Origin: Octopus bimaculoides
Taxonomy: Eukaryota
Reading direction: 5' to 3'
Length of the DNA: 64,000 nucleotides
Assembly: GCF_001194135.2 (NCBI RefSeq)
Contig: NC_068989.1
Location: forward strand, 58,395,370-58,459,369
The notes beneath the pieces were generated by a model. The model was not told where the DNA came from. It worked only from the letters and a program-made list of their open reading frames with translations, and made no database searches. Positions 1-14,748 of this stretch are shown piece after piece. Positions within the stretch are counted from its first letter, which is position 1. The number at the start of each line of letters is the position of its first letter. A program made the translations under genes and the position numbers.

Positions 1-1264
1 GGTATAACAGTGGGATTGAACCCAGAACCATGTGGTTTGGAAGCAAGCTTCTTACCACACGGCCATGCCTAAATAGGACAAAAGTCAAATCCCAAGGGAT
101 ACTGGAAACAGTATTCCATGGTTTCCTTAGGAAAATCCATACTGACACCAAGTATCTCCAATTAAAGAAAATGACAAGGATAAAGTAATCAGTAATGTGG
201 ATTTGAATGTACCTATGAAGAATTAAATGGTAGCTGAACCAAAATGAAAGTTGCCAAACCAGTATTTCTTCAAATCCATCCAAGCATCACTTGATGATAA
301 GCATTATAAACAATTTTGATATAATTCTCATGCAGAGTTTATTTACAAAATGCTTCCAGAAACTTTGAGATGTTGAAAATGAAAGCAATAGGACAGCAAA
401 TGGCAGACTTGCAAGTTTACTCTTCTTGGGAATAGGAAACCACATTGAGTGTTTCCTTAAACTGGGATAAAAATACCTCTAGAAAAAGATTACAAAGTTT
501 GGTGATAACAGAGCTAACTCTGGAACCCGGATCCCACTATTTGAAAGTAATAGGGAAAGTAGGAGTCTACTAGCAAATCTGCCTTTTATAGTTTGAGTGA
601 ACAGAAAAAAATTTTACGCTTCTTAACTGTGTATGTGATGATGAGACAGAGCGGAGAAAGAGTTAGGGAGAACTTTTGTGGCATATGCTTTGTGAAGTGG
701 GACAAAGAGAAGGGAGGTAATTGTAGTAGATCTATCTCCAGAAATTATTAATAAAACTATCATGATTTAGGAATGATAGAATTGTATGGGATCAATGGAG
801 ATTCTCTTGATAAGAGACAAGAAAGCTTGGCTGAAATTCAGGAGGTAAGAGAGCTTGTAGTCTACACTGTGTATAAAGTATCCTTTGCTTTCCTGATGGT
901 TTTTCTATTGATGTTGTTTGACTGAGCAGACTTATGACAGTATGCATTCCAAGACCATCCATTTTCCTCTCAAGTACGGACGTATATGTATCCCTTCCTT
1001 TTCAAGACAGTAATATATAATACAAGGAAGATGTGGGTGTTCAACTGGATTAGGAAGATTCTCTATTTACAGGTAAATGCCTCCCAGTTGTGGCAGATGG
1101 ATAATTCCTTATGTTGTAAACAGTGTTCTTTGCCTGTACTGCAGAAACACAGGTATAAATATTCAATTTGGATTTTTTGTCTTTGGAGAAGGTCGGTCAA
1201 GAGAAAGATAAGGAATTGTAGTGATATGCAGTCTGTAAGTTTTTTTAGTAATAAAATAACTTAC

Positions 1265-1410
1265 TTTGAATAAATGAAAATAAACCCTTTTGGTTTCTGT
1301 GTCTTCCTCTTTATGAACACACATGAAGAGATTTTCAACATCAACTACAATTCGCAGCAAGCGATTCAGCTCTTCTTCAGCAACATTTTCTAAATGAGAT
1401 ACATGAGCTC
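1265..1410 (-). CDS. KAT2A: KAT2A/B ortholog, coding exon 3 (gene continues beyond the left edge)
   Basis: TTTTTAG|GA acceptor completes Gly; AHVSHLENVAEEELNRLLRIVVDVENLFMCVHKEEDTETKRVYFHLFK matches PCAF AHVSHLENVSEEEMNRLL...YFYLFK; AAA|GTAAGT donor. I found no exon 4 in 1-1264. Confidence 0.96.
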
Positions 1411-2281
1411 CTAAAAAAGTAAATAAAAAATCCATAAACATGAGAAATTTATAAATTGACAGTGATCAAACCAATAGAGATTATATAAAAGTTGCTAGTT
1501 AAGTGAATATCTTAATCGCACAGCCTATTAAAGCAATCAAATCTTAAATAAATCTTATGTAAAACTGGTATTATTCTAGTATTAACATATTCAATATATC
1601 TAAACCAGAATGAAGACCACTTATTAATGAATACATAACTTTTACTTTAAAAACAGTAATTATTCAGTTTAAAAAATACTTAAAAATTCCAATTTTAATT
1701 TTTTTTATCATCAAAACATAGTTTTCAAGATCCTTTTATTACTGAAAATTTCAACTACACATTTCACTCACAAAAACTGATTTTAATTCACTGTGAGATA
1801 GCAATTTTTAACATCCCTATACAACTAGAAATAAAAAAAGGCTGCCCAAACATTTCCAACACTACTTTCTACAGACATGTCTGTAAAGACATTTCTCTGA
1901 ATTATAAATTTAATCCAGCATCAGCCAAATTATGTCCATTCTAGTATCCTTTCATATTTGCTGGGTCTTGTTGTAGAAATAGAAAATTGAGAAAGAAAAA
2001 TTGTTTTAACTTATGTCAATTGTACCAAATATAAACCTGTCTCATTTTCTTTCAACTAAAATATTTGACACTTGTGCACAATGTTTTGAAAAATTAACCA
2101 TTATAGGAGACTGTTGCAGTACATGACAAGGAATATAACATGAAATGTGTTATATATTTCCAGCAGGTCTTTTGTCGAGATCTTCACTGTTTGTGTTATC
2201 ATTGTAAAACAAAAAGTCACAATTTCAGATGAAAATCATATGTGCAAGAGAGCATATTTTATAGAATGAAGTTGCACCTAC

Positions 2282-2405
2282 CAAGGGTGTGGCTGCAGCT
2301 ACGGCAAGGATCTGTGAGACTAGCAAGGGGCTGAGAAACATCAACACGTGGAGGAGTTGGTGGAGGATTGGGGTTCTTCCATCCGTTACAGTTACAACCT
2401 TCTGT
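2282..2405 (-). CDS. KAT2A: KAT2A/B ortholog, coding exon 2
   Basis: TTTCAG|ACA acceptor; TEGCNCNGWKNPNPPPTPPRVDVSQPLASLTDPCRSCSHTL matches PCAF CKCNGWKNPNPSPTPPR...CRSCSHAL; G|GTAGGT donor, phase 1 (124 nt). Confidence 0.96.
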
Positions 2406-3030
2406 CTGAAATGAAAGAAATTTTAATGAAGTTTTCTTCGTCATTACAACTACCATCAACATCATCAGTAATACTACTTTTATCACCATTAACATTTTAG
2501 CATTTGTTAATCAGAGATAAAACAATCCTGCATGTTCATACATACACACATGCATAACTAGATACAGGTGTGGCTGTGTAGTTAAGAAGGTCACTTTGCA
2601 ATCATATGGATTAGTGTTCAGTTCCACTGTGTGGAATCTTGGGCAAGTAGGTTCTACTATAATAGCCTTGGATCGACCAAACCCTTGAGAGTAGATTTGG
2701 TAGATAAAAGTCAAAAAAAGACCTGTTACATACATATAAGAGGGATGACCACTAAGTGAACATCTATTTTGCTAGAAGTAGACCACCTATGGTCTGACCA
2801 CTAAGAAAAGAAATCTTTTCTTAGTGGTCAAACCATAGGTGGTCTACTTCTAGCAAAATGGATGTCCACTTAGTGGTTAACCCTCTTATATATATGTAAT
2901 ATAATTTTTCTGAATCTTCAGATTTTTTCGATATGCTAGGCCACTGGTTTCAAATTGATATTAATCAGATTAATATTCAATTTTTCACCCTTATTATTTG
3001 AATTTACATATATATATTATCTAAATTTAC

Positions 3031-3104
<74 letters not shown>

Positions 3105-3330
3105 NNNNNNNNNNNNNNNNNNNNNNNNNNNNNNNNNNNNNNNNNNNNNNNNNNNNNNNNNNNNNNNNNNNNNNNNNNNNNNNNNNNNNNNNNNNNNNNN
3201 NNNNNNNNNNNNNNNNNNNNNNNNNNNNNNNNNNNNNNNNNNNNNNNNNNNNNNNNNNNNNNNNNNNNNNNNNNNNNNNNNNNNNNNNNNNNNNNNNNNN
3301 NNNNNNNNNNNNNNNNNNNNNNNNNNNNNN
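3105..3330. other. Assembly gap flanked by (TA)n
   Basis: Run of N. Confidence 1.
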
Positions 3331-3879
3331 ATATATATATATATATATATAGTCAATTCAAATAAACAAATAATAAATTAACAGACAACAAGAGGACATG
3401 CACAAAAAATCTATTAGCTTGATGCTCTGTAAAAAGAAAGAATTTGACATTTCAAGCATAGCTCTTTGTCAGAAAGGAGAAAGGGAAGAGTTCAAAAAAG
3501 GAAAAGAAATTGCCAACAGCATGTGATGGCATGGGTTGGATGGTTTGACAGAATCTGACAGGTCAGAGGACTGCATGGAGCGTCAATGCCTGTTATGGCA
3601 CAATCCCTCTAGTTGAATGCCCTTCCTACCATCAAGATGCAAGACAGTTGTAGTTATTTACAGTATAGTACTTTAAGACTTAAATCAGTATTTCAAGCAT
3701 ATACTACAGATATCTATAATTTTTCTGAATTTTTCTCTTGGCATACACACTTTTTACAATAACAATGATACAAATCCTATTGCTTTTTATATAGAAGACC
3801 TCATTTCCCATTTATCAGTAGTGCTTCTCACTGGTACAAAACCAAATTGCATCTTGTCTAGGTTAATCCTCTCCATAAT

Positions 3880-4760
3880 TAGTCAAGTTATAACTCTTTC
3901 TGAAACTTTCATGACCTGGTCCAGTAATTTGGTACTGCTATAATTACTTCTCTCTAAGGCATCTCTGCTAGCCTTATAACAGTTGACTACAATGCTACAC
4001 CATTCATTGGGTATGACATCTTCCTGTACAATCTGATTGACTATGAGAGTAATTCGGTCATATTCTACACTGCTAGGTTTTCAAGTATCTCTGCAATGAT
4101 TCCTGATGGACCAGGGGCTTTTCCTGGTCCATATCCTTGATTGCCTTGTCTATCAAACTGCTGTCAACTAGAATAGCTGGTTCTTCTGCATCAGGAAGAC
4201 TCTCCTTCTCCCAGGCATTCCCCACATATAATAACCTTTCACAGTAACACTTCCATGCTTCTTTCTTTTTAGAATCACTATGTGCAAGCATACCATTATT
4301 TATTTGTACACACTTCTCTCCCACAATATCTCAGTTCTCTCTGATTACTCTATCTTGCAACTCAGAATGCCTCATGCTATAAAACATTAGCAAATCTCTT
4401 CTTTCAGCTTCTTCCCTTCCAACATAGACCTGTTTTCTAGTTTCTATTCAGGCTACCTTGTATAATTCCCTGCTGCCCCTATTCTTCAAATCCTTCCATG
4501 CCTGCATCTCCATATTTACTGCTATGTCTACTTCACTGTTTTACAACCACCACCACATCACCCTCGGTTTGGCTGGAAAATTTCCCCAGCGATGGAATTG
4601 GTCTGTAGCCCTCATAGATTGTCTAGCAGAATTTCCAGTTTTCTTCCATGCTATATGCTTCTATTTCTACTTCTTTTGTCCAATGCTTGAAATAATATTT
4701 CTCTAAATTTCAGACTGTTAAATGGATTCTTAAGCATCTATATCTTTCTTTTCCAAACTG
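3880..4760 (-). mobile_element. RTE-like LINE fragment
   Basis: ORF 4073-4324 (KKEAWKCYCERLL...IDKAIKDM) is homologous to copies at 42855-43195 and 59585-59790. Confidence 0.75.
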
Positions 4761-5619
4761 GTTTCTGTTTATGAGTACTTCTAGCCCTAAGCCTGAAGTC
4801 ACAAACCACCAACCAATATTGAGTTGTTCATAAGCATCTGCCTATTTTTGTTTCTAGAGAGAATATAGTGAATCTGGCTTGTGTCCACTAGAATGTTAGG
4901 TGATTAGGTAGCTGGCTGGGTTCTTGAAATTAGTATTGCAGATCAACACGTCATTTGCATCATAGAACTCCAACCGTATATCATCATCATCATCTAACGT
5001 CCATCTTGTATGCTGGCATGGGTTGGATGGTTTTACAAGAGTCAGTCAGGTAGAAGACTACACCAGGCTATTGTGTCTGCTTTGGCAGGGTTTTTATGAC
5101 TGGATGCCCTTCCTAAAACCAACCACCCTGTAGAGTGAACTGAGTGCTCTTTACATGGTACCAGCACAGGCAAGGTCAGTTTTGGCATGGTTTTTACAGC
5201 TGGATGCCTTTCCAAATGCCAACCACTTCACAGTGAGGACTGGATGCTTTTTACGTAGCATCAGCACTGGCAAAGTCAGCAAGTAACTTGCAAGACAAGG
5301 AATTTTGAGAGTGGGGGGGCATTAGAGGTGATCATGTGTCAGATGATCAAAGATTAAAGTGATGAAGAGGCAGAAACAGACAGAGTGGTAGATTGTCTTG
5401 CTATGGTAGAGGAACACAGTTACCCAGTCAAAAGAGAGATTGAGAGGAGGAGAGTGAGAGGAAAAGGTAGGAAGAAGGGGTAAAACAAGCATATATATAT
5501 ATATATACACACACACACATAATGTTTGCATTTGGGGCAAAGAAAATCCCCATGCCACAGTTGAGCACGAGAGAGAGTCATCAAAGGTGAATGTGTTCTG
5601 CACCATCTCCAAGAGGCAT

Positions 5620-5827
5620 CTTCATGGCCCGTTTTTCTTTGAGGGAAATGTGACTGGCGATGTGAAATCGTTCGTGGAATCCACATACCTTTGAATTTCT
5701 CATTCAAATTTGGAGGAATAAATCTTATGTTGCTCAACATTAAGCCTGTTTAGTTTCATTTGCTTTGACTATGTGGTTTCTGTGATATTTACATTTCAAG
5801 TGATATCAAATTTTTTGAAACACCCTG
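5620..5827 (+). mobile_element. Tc1/mariner-superfamily fragment
   Basis: HGPFFFEGNVTG transposase motif at about 5624-5660 and TIR end TTTTTTGAAACACCCTG followed by TA. Confidence 0.6.
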
Positions 5828-5858
5828 TATTTTGCCCAGATTGATAATCCCTCATTAT

Positions 5859-5900
<42 letters not shown>

Positions 5901-5950
5901 NNNNNNNNNNNNNNNNNNNNNNNNNNNNNNNNNNNNNNNNNNNNNNNNNN
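5901..5950. other. Assembly gap
   Basis: Run of N. Confidence 1.
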
Positions 5951-6310
5951 TTCAGTCTTTTGACTGTGGCCATGCTGGAGCACCGCCTTTAGTCAAGCAA
6001 ATTGACCCCAGGACTTATTTTTTGGAAGCCTAGTACTTATTCTATCGGTCTCTTTTGCTGAACCGCTAAGTTACGGGGACATAAACACACCAGCATCGGT
6101 TGTCAAGCGATGTTGAGGGGACAAACACAGACACAAATATATATATATACATATACATATATACGACGGGCTTCTTTCAGTTTCTGTCTACCAAATCCAC
6201 TCACAAGGCTTTGGTCGGCCCGAGGCTGTAGTAGAAGACACTTGCCCAAGATGCCACGCAGTGGGACTGAACCCGGGACCATGTGGTTGGTAAGCAAGCT
6301 ACTTACCACA
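5951..6310 (-). mobile_element. SINE family A copy
   Basis: Reverse complement of 37211-37617. Confidence 0.85.
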
Positions 6311-9300
6311 TGTCTGGTCATTGTGCTATTTGTGCTCAAAGGACTAGAAGTATTATCTTGCTTGGGAACAGGTGAGTACTGGCAACAGAAAGGGTTTCAG
6401 GCCTTAGAAATCTGTCTCAATGAATTTCATCTGATCCATACAAGTTTTTTTTTAAATGTACATTGAAATGATAATTATGATAAACATCATCTTCATCAGC
6501 ATTTTATTGTCTACTTTCCCATAGTTGCATAGACAAGACTACACCAAAACAGATGTTTCTGTGGCTAGATGCCCTTCCAGGTGCCACACTTCGTTTTTAG
6601 AGAAGTAATGAATCTCCAAGTCTACCCAACAATGAACATGCCAGTTGTGGTTACACAGAGGACTGGAAACAAAAGACATTGTTTGCATGAATGGTGAAGC
6701 TTTTGTTTACAAACAGCACGTGACAAGACATGTCAAGAAACCAGACATGCTTTTGCAGCAGACTGCAAGCAAGTGACATCTCTATGAATGGTAAGGCTTT
6801 TTTTGCATACTATCAGTGCATATATGTGCAGATGAAGAGAAATAAAAACTTGCTCACTCTCTCTTTGTCACACACAGATACACGCACACATGCATATGAT
6901 GAGCTTCATCAGTTTGTGCCTATTAATTTCACACACAAGGTATTGGTTAACCTGCAGGTGACCAAATTAACAGTGGTGGAGGTTGTTCCGAAAATGTAGT
7001 TGCTAGAATAAGAACTGGTTGAGCAAAGTTCAGAGAGCTATTATCACTGTTGGTTACAAAGGGCCTTCCTTAGAGTGAAAAGAAGATTGTATGACATCTG
7101 GGTATGGACTGCAATAATATATGGGAGTGAAATATGAGCTGTGACTGCAGAAGACATGCGTAGGCTTGAAAGAAATGAAGCCAGCAAGCTCTGCTGGATG
7201 TGCATGTCTGTGTACATTAGGGTTATGACTTTTGCACAGCTTAATAACCCTATACTGTAATTCAATGAATAATTTCATAAAAGTCAGGAAACTAACATTT
7301 ATTTTGCTTTATTTGAAAAAAAAACGTCACTCTCAACATAAGAAATCGATCACCACTTTTGACCCAAATCAGGCAAAATTCTAGGGGGTTCATAATGCCT
7401 GCTCAAGTTTTTACTAAACTTGGTGTGCTGACTCAATGCAATGCAGAAATAATATATCTGAAATTTCAGCTTTCTAGTTGAAGTAGTTTGGGAGTTATGG
7501 GCTTTTTAAACTATAATCACTAGGTGGCACTAGATTAACACTTCAGCATTTCCGCTGCCTAAATCCTTGTAAACGCAAGAGAGATGCAAAATAAAAGTGT
7601 ATTTATACATTTTAAAGATTACTGAATTGAAATTGCTCTATGCAGATGTTCAAAGCTAGGCTATTTTAAGACAGAGGCCACTCCAAGCATTCGATAACAT
7701 ACAAAATTAAAAACAATACATATTTTTAACTTTATAGATAAATAAATAAATTTTTAACTTTATAGATAAATGTTTTGAGAGAAAAATTGAGTATAAGAGG
7801 CATCAGTTGTAGTATGCAAAAGTGAAAACTGCACTGGTATGGTCATGTGATGTGTATGGATGAAGACAGCTGCATAAAGTGCTGGTCTGAAATTTGGAGG
7901 GAACTAGTGGAAGAGGAAGACCCAGGAAGATGTGGGACAAAGTAATGAGAAATGATTTGTAGATATTGAGCCTCACAGAGGTGATGACAAAGGACCGAGA
8001 CAATTGACGATTTGCAGTGCTTGAGAAAACCTGCCCAGTTATATAAAATCCATGTCCATGTCCCTCCACTCCCCAACAACCTACCCATGATTATCACCAC
8101 TGTATCTCCTTCCACTCTCCCTAATTTCCCTATCAGCACAGAATATGTCTCTGTTCAATCCCTTCTCCACAACATATCCTCCTAATACCCCTTCCCTCTG
8201 CCAGTATCCACTCATTACATCCACCCCCACCACTAGCTCCCACTCTCCTTTCCAAACCTTGTGAAATCACCCATCCACTCCTTTCCAATCCCTGGTCCAC
8301 CATACTATATACACTTCTCTATAACTCGAGTGTATGGCCCCTGCTCCCTCTTCATCACATTTTCACCACCTTTCTCTCTTCTCTCTCTCTTCCTCTAACC
8401 AAAGTAGTCAGGTTTCTATTCTAATGCAAGACACCTTTCCTGTCCCACAGTAGAACTACTCCCTCCCCTTTCCAACTAAAGGGTCTTGTCCTGCAATTAT
8501 TTGGTGACATCACTGCTGCTGGTGCCACATAAAAAGCACCCAGTCCACTCTGTAAAGTGGCTGGCATTAAGAAGAACATCCAACCATAGAAACCATGCCA
8601 AAACAGACAGCAGAGCTAGATGCAGTCATCTCACTTGGCAGATCCTGTCAAACCCTTTTACCCATGCCAGCATGGAAAACAGATGTTGAATGGTGATGAC
8701 ATCAGCAAACATTATCTAAGCAGTGGAACCAAATCCCTATTCATGGAGTTCTGAAATAAACTTAACTACAAAGCCAAGCATGGGCATATGATTATATATG
8801 TTTACATACACACATATATGAAGAATATTCCATAAAAACAGACAAATATGAACACAAACTAATATCACAACAGAATGAGCTTGCAACTAATCATGTGTAC
8901 TTCATAACCAAAATATATGCCTGATGATGTGGAATACCAATAGTCAAACTCTGGTATTATAAGTCATCCATTAGAAAAGACACTGTACAGAAGCCAATAC
9001 TGCTCTATATCCTGATGAATCTGAGATAAGTAAATTCTGGAACCCTACAGTTCAATATAAACTGCAAAGGTCTCATAAAAAGCTAAGGAAAAAACCCTAA
9101 TAAATATGTAAAGAGACATATTTTCAAAATTACATACCTTAAAAGAAATGCTATTTCATACACATATATACATATACATACATATGCACAAAAAAGACCT
9201 GTTCTCTATAACGGAAATGAGATCTCAAAAGTACAATACCACATAAAAAGCACTGATGGTGTAAACTGGTTGGCATTAAGAAGGGCATCCAGTTGTAGAA

Positions 9301-9392
9301 ATGTAGTCCAAACAGACTATGGAACCTGGTGTAGCCCCCGGTCCAGCCATCCAACCCATGCTAACATGGAAAATGGATATTAAATGATGATG

Positions 9393-9433
<41 letters not shown>

Positions 9434-10996
9434 AATATATGAGTATATGCATCCTGGTGTTGCCATCCGGTTTCACCAGTCCTCAGTCAAATCGTCCAAC
9501 CCATGCTAGCATGGAAAGCGGACGTTAAATGATGATGATGTACATGTATGTACATACCTTCATCTACATGTACATATAGATACATATCTGGGTACATGAC
9601 GTTCCAAAGAAACATGGACAAAATGATAAACAAGTTACAAAAAACAAGCAGGCCACAGAGAAAATATCCTTCTTCAGCTGCCACCATTAAAACACTGGCG
9701 TTTACAGCTGCATAAAAAAGTCCTGACTGTTAAATGTGGATGGAACCTGTGGAAGAGGGAGACCCAAAAAGATGTGAATGAAGTACTGAAGACCAACCTT
9801 AGGATTTGAAATGCATGAAGGAAATTACAAAGGGCCAAAATGATTAGCAATTCACTGTGCTCAAGAAAACCCATTCATCATGAGCCTAAAATCATTATTT
9901 TTATGCTCTGCCACTGCACACAATTTGTCTCTGAATCCTTCTTTGCCTCTCATCTTGCTATCACTCATCCCTCTTTTAACTATACATACATGACATGAAG
10001 AGTTTGTCAAATTTGACAATGACCTACCAACTACCAAAGAAAAAGTAAAGAAAACAAAATGAGAAAGAAATAAGGAAAAAAACATCATGATGTCACAACC
10101 AAATTTTGCTCCATCTTTAGGTTTTCTTCTGCTCTCTGTGGATCTTTGACCATAACAATGACTGATCCAGTATGGGTTCTGGTCTGGTTGTCATTATCAT
10201 GAATGTAACATGGATGGGTTAGCTTGGGGGTACCTATTCCTCTCCAATGTGTAAGCCACAACCATATGCTTTTACCGGAGACACTCCTTGGCCTCCAAAC
10301 ACTTCACTGTTGACCCTAGCCAATGATTCTCAGGGAAGCTTTACCCAGAGTCTTTCATCTACTGATGCAATGTTAACACTGTTCCCTTCACTTGGTTTAG
10401 CCTACCAGCTGAAGCAGAGCACTGGACTGTGTCTCTAGGAGTCATCAAGTAAGAGATTAGGGATTAAATGAGGATCAGTGATGCCTGTTCACCTGACCAT
10501 TTCTGGAAGGTGCAGCTGCCAGGCACCAAATGTACTTCTATTCAGAGCTTCCGACACCACAAAAAGTAGCTATGAAATATTTATTAAACAAACTAAACAG
10601 TAAAGTCCTTAAACTCCCAAGATGCTGCCCAGAGATGTGAACATCTCTTTCAAAAATAGCAAAAAGGAGAATATTTATGAACTGCTTCAAAACATACTCC
10701 ACTAGCTTGATTATGAATTTACATTTATACCAATAATTACTGGTCACATGGTTTTGTTAGTAAATGTCTTAGTGACAATCTGGAAGAGGTAAGATTTCAA
10801 GCAGAGAAAGAGACCAGCTAATATGCAGTTTACAGGCACAATTTATACAATGGAACAGCAAACAAAATATGATGTACACTACATGAGACTTATTGTAATC
10901 CAAATCCCATTGATAGGGCTTTGTTTCTTTGTTAGAAACCACTACCTTCCTTCAAAGAATTCCGAAATGATAAATAAAAAGCTTTAATATATATAT

Positions 10997-11200
10997 ATCA
11001 AATCGAGGCACTCCGTTGGTTATGACAATGAGGGTTCCAGTTGATCTGATCAACGGAACAGCCTGCTTGTGAAATTAACGTGTAAGTGGCTGAGCATTCC
11101 ACAGACACGTATACCCTTAATGTAGTTCTCAGGGTTATTCAGCATGACACAGTGTGTGACAAGGCTGGCCCTTTGAAATACAGGTACAACAGAAACAGGA
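10997..11200 (-). mobile_element. SINE 3' part (family E)
   Basis: Reverse complement of the 3' part of 52365-52680; an older copy lies at about 20780-20930. Confidence 0.7.
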
Positions 11201-11221
11201 AGAAAGAGTGAGAGAAAGTTG

Positions 11222-12393
11222 CATTAATTTCAGCTCTTATTTCTAAAAACTACATTGTTTCTTTCCAGGTAAACTGACATCTGACTAATCAAAGAGGACA
11301 TCAAATGTAACCAGTTTTGACTTCTCTTGAAAATGTAAAAAATTAAGCATTGTGTTATCAAGTACCTGCAGAAAAAGGTTTCAGCACCCAAGGACATTCA
11401 AGCAGACATGGTTGCTACATTGGGAGACGATGCTCCAGCTTTATCAACAGTACTAAAGTGGGCAGCTGAATTTAAGAGGAGAAAGAGTCTTGAACATGAC
11501 CCATGGTCTGGACACTCTGCAACTGCCACCACCAAGGAAAACAGTGATCATGTTCTCCACATGGTGATCGATGACAGACGAGTGACTGTAAATCAAATAG
11601 TCAAAGCATATCCTGTGAGTGAGTTGAGAATATTCTGCATTATGAACTTGGCATGAAGGTTTCTGCTTGGTACCACATCTTCTGATACCTAATCAAAAGC
11701 GCACCAGGTTGATCACATCACGAGAAAATCTGACATTGTGTGAGACAGATCCAGCTAATTTTACGGAATGTTTTCTAATCCAGGATAAATGTTGGCTTCA
11801 TCACTTTGAACCAGAGACAAAGAGACAGTCCATGCAGTGGATATACCCCTCTTCACCTGCTCTAAAGAAGGCCAAAGTCGCTTCATCTGCAGTGTGATGG
11901 TCTCAGATTTTTTGAGATGCAAAAGATATTGTGTTTATTGACTATCTTTAAAAGGGTCACACCATCAATGGAGAGTACTATGACAACTTGCTGAGGCAGT
12001 TACAAGAGGCTATCAAGACCACAAACTGATGAAAGGGGTCTTGTTTCATCAGGATAATGCTCCAGCACACAAGTCCTTGATTTCAATGGCTGCTATGCAT
12101 GACTGTGGTTTTGAACTGGTTCATCACCATCCCTATTCTCCTGATTTGGCCTCATCTATCATCTGTCCCCCAACATGAGAAACCAATTGGTTGGGAACCA
12201 GTTATTACAGTGATGATGACATCATATATGCATTTATGAATCTTTTACGAACAAGATGAAAGCTTCTTCATCAATGGAATTCAAGCACTGCAACACAGGT
12301 GGAAGAGTGGGGGACTATGTTGAAAAATAAACCTCACTTTGTCACATTCCATGAGTGTCATGGTCAGCCTGGGAACTTTTCAGCTGACCCTCA
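11222..12393 (+). mobile_element. Decayed mariner (DD34D) transposon, 5' TIR missing
   Basis: Frameshifted transposase pieces MVATLGDDAPALSTVLKWAAEFKR (HTH), WVPHLL, FHQDNAPAH, HHPYSPDLA; right TIR GGTCAGCCTGGGAACTTTTCAGCTGACCCTC at 12362-12392. Lies in KAT2 intron 1. Confidence 0.9.
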
Positions 12394-14748
12394 TCTCTTG
12401 CCCTTCTCACTACTTCTTTCTTCTCCTTCCCAGTTGTGTATCTCTCTTTTTTGCTACCTGCTCTCATTGACCCTTTCACTTTCTTTCTTCCTCTCTTTAT
12501 TTTTTTTTCTTCCCCTCTTCTAAAACCTGCCAAAAGTCATATCCTCCACTGGCACTAGCATTCTGTCATCTTTCTGTACCTGAAAGACAACCCTGTTTTT
12601 TTTCTTGTTGAACTATATTACATATATCTGGCCATCTTTAGATTCCTGACTTACTTGTTTATGTTCCAAGATGTTTTTATAGCTATGTCTACCATGTCAC
12701 TTATGTTTGCACTTGCTGGCATGTCCAGAAGATTAGTTCCATGGGATTAAGACACAAGGCTTTATTTCAGCTACACTGATTCTGGACTACATGGTTGATA
12801 AGAATGTTCCATGTCTTAATTATTCTTTTCTATTAATCATTATCCATGTCATTACAATTTGGTTTTTACTGCGGGCATTATGTACGTTCAATTGCTTTAA
12901 TATCAGACATCTACAACAGAATACTTTTGGGCGGTAGATCTAACAAGCTCACAGTTTAACCCAATTACTAGGTCCTATCTTGAAGAGTCTAGCTTGGTGT
13001 TCCATCTTATTAGCAAATTTGTCCCAACTGACATTGAAATATGGATCAAAGACTTAAATTCTAAGTAGGAACTAATGTTGAAATCAGCAAGGAGTTCAAA
13101 ACTAGCAATGCACAACTCAGATACAAACTAATGACTGTACAGATTGTAGTTCAGTCTAAGCCTAGTGCTGCCTATCTATGCTAGAGGTCCAGCGAATATG
13201 TGATGTTGCTATGTTGTAATAGCACTCTCAAGTCACAAGTGGGTAGGTACTATAGTTTAAAGACAGCTGCTAATACCTGGGGTCTAAGATTAAAAGGACT
13301 TATTTCCAGGATTCAGAATATGTTAAATTAACAAAAATGTATCATTTTCCTACCTTATTTCTTATAAATAATGATTTATCTCTCTACGTATGCTCTACCT
13401 TTCTAGCTGTTGAAAGCTTATAACAGGAGAGAAAAGGATACACATAAAGAAAATCACGTTTCAAAGTTTTTCATACAAGCACCAACATCTATTTTGCTTA
13501 TAATTTGAAAATTGTCCCAGTTTGAGTCTAATAAATTACGGTAAGCCTATATTTACACTATTTACATATTCATAAAGGGTATACATTTTATAAAATGTTT
13601 AACTGTACTTAATTACAATATTAATGGATCCTTATTTAAGTGCTAACACTATTGATGATCTTGACTAGATAACTGCATGTTTTGGTAGATAGAACGAAGG
13701 CTCAAAAAGAAGAGTACCCAATATTATAGCAGAAAGTTATTATTCAAATTCTGATATTCCGTGATGATTGACAAATAGGAATAATATATTTGTCAGGTTG
13801 TTGTTTTATTCCTGTCAGTTTAGAAGTAAACCGTAAACGTTGTAAGCGAAATCCTGCTTTAGTCTGGGTGGGACCCCAATCATAGCTGTCAGCTTACACA
13901 AACCAAAATATTTAATATTCCATCCTTCGTGCATTAAATGTTGGATTCAAAAAGGGTAGAGGGAAAACTGAGGGAGTTACATATAATACAATAACATCAG
14001 AAACTAAACCAACTGAAACTGTATGAAACAGTTCATCATACAGAAAAATAATTACATTTCTATTTTTAGGTGAATATTAACATTTTCTACAGGACCGACA
14101 CATAATTAAACAGTTCGCTCGTGAGAAAAGAAATCCAATCGCTCATAATTATAATAATCAGATGTTAAATGTTCCGAGAAGTCATAAATTGAAGCAACTA
14201 CAAAAACAAAAAATGTGACTATCGTGGAGAATTGAGTGTATTTTGGTTAAAGAAACATGTGAACCCCTAATGAAATGAAAAATGAAACACGTTTTAGTGT
14301 CGCAAAATAGTGCAACTAGGGCGAGTTATTGGTTGTAAATTTAAATGAGAAAAAAAAAAGATTTTTTATATCATATATAGAAATAAAATTATAGCTTGTA
14401 GACAATTCTCTAAATTTGCAGTAAAAGGTATTCATCAATGGGTTAGTATTTTGTATTTAATAGTCAGTCACATCTCACGATGACAACATATATATTTTAT
14501 ATAGATATATATATATTTATATATATATATATATAATATTATAATTAAGTCATCGTATTTATTCTTTATTATCGGAGTCTTTTTACGAGATAGAAGCTTG
14601 AGACACGGTAAGCAGGAAACAGAACCTTTGTGTCCATTAACAAAGCTCTGATTTAAACACGGAAACAGAGAACAGCGGACTACATTTAGCACAATAAACT
14701 AAATACCAGTGCACATACATAATAAATAAATACATGCATAATTTATAC

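Noticed and set aside
11408-12300. Functional or domesticated mariner transposase (SETMAR-like fusion with KAT2)
   Set aside because: Broken into several frames, catalytic region damaged, and antisense to KAT2.
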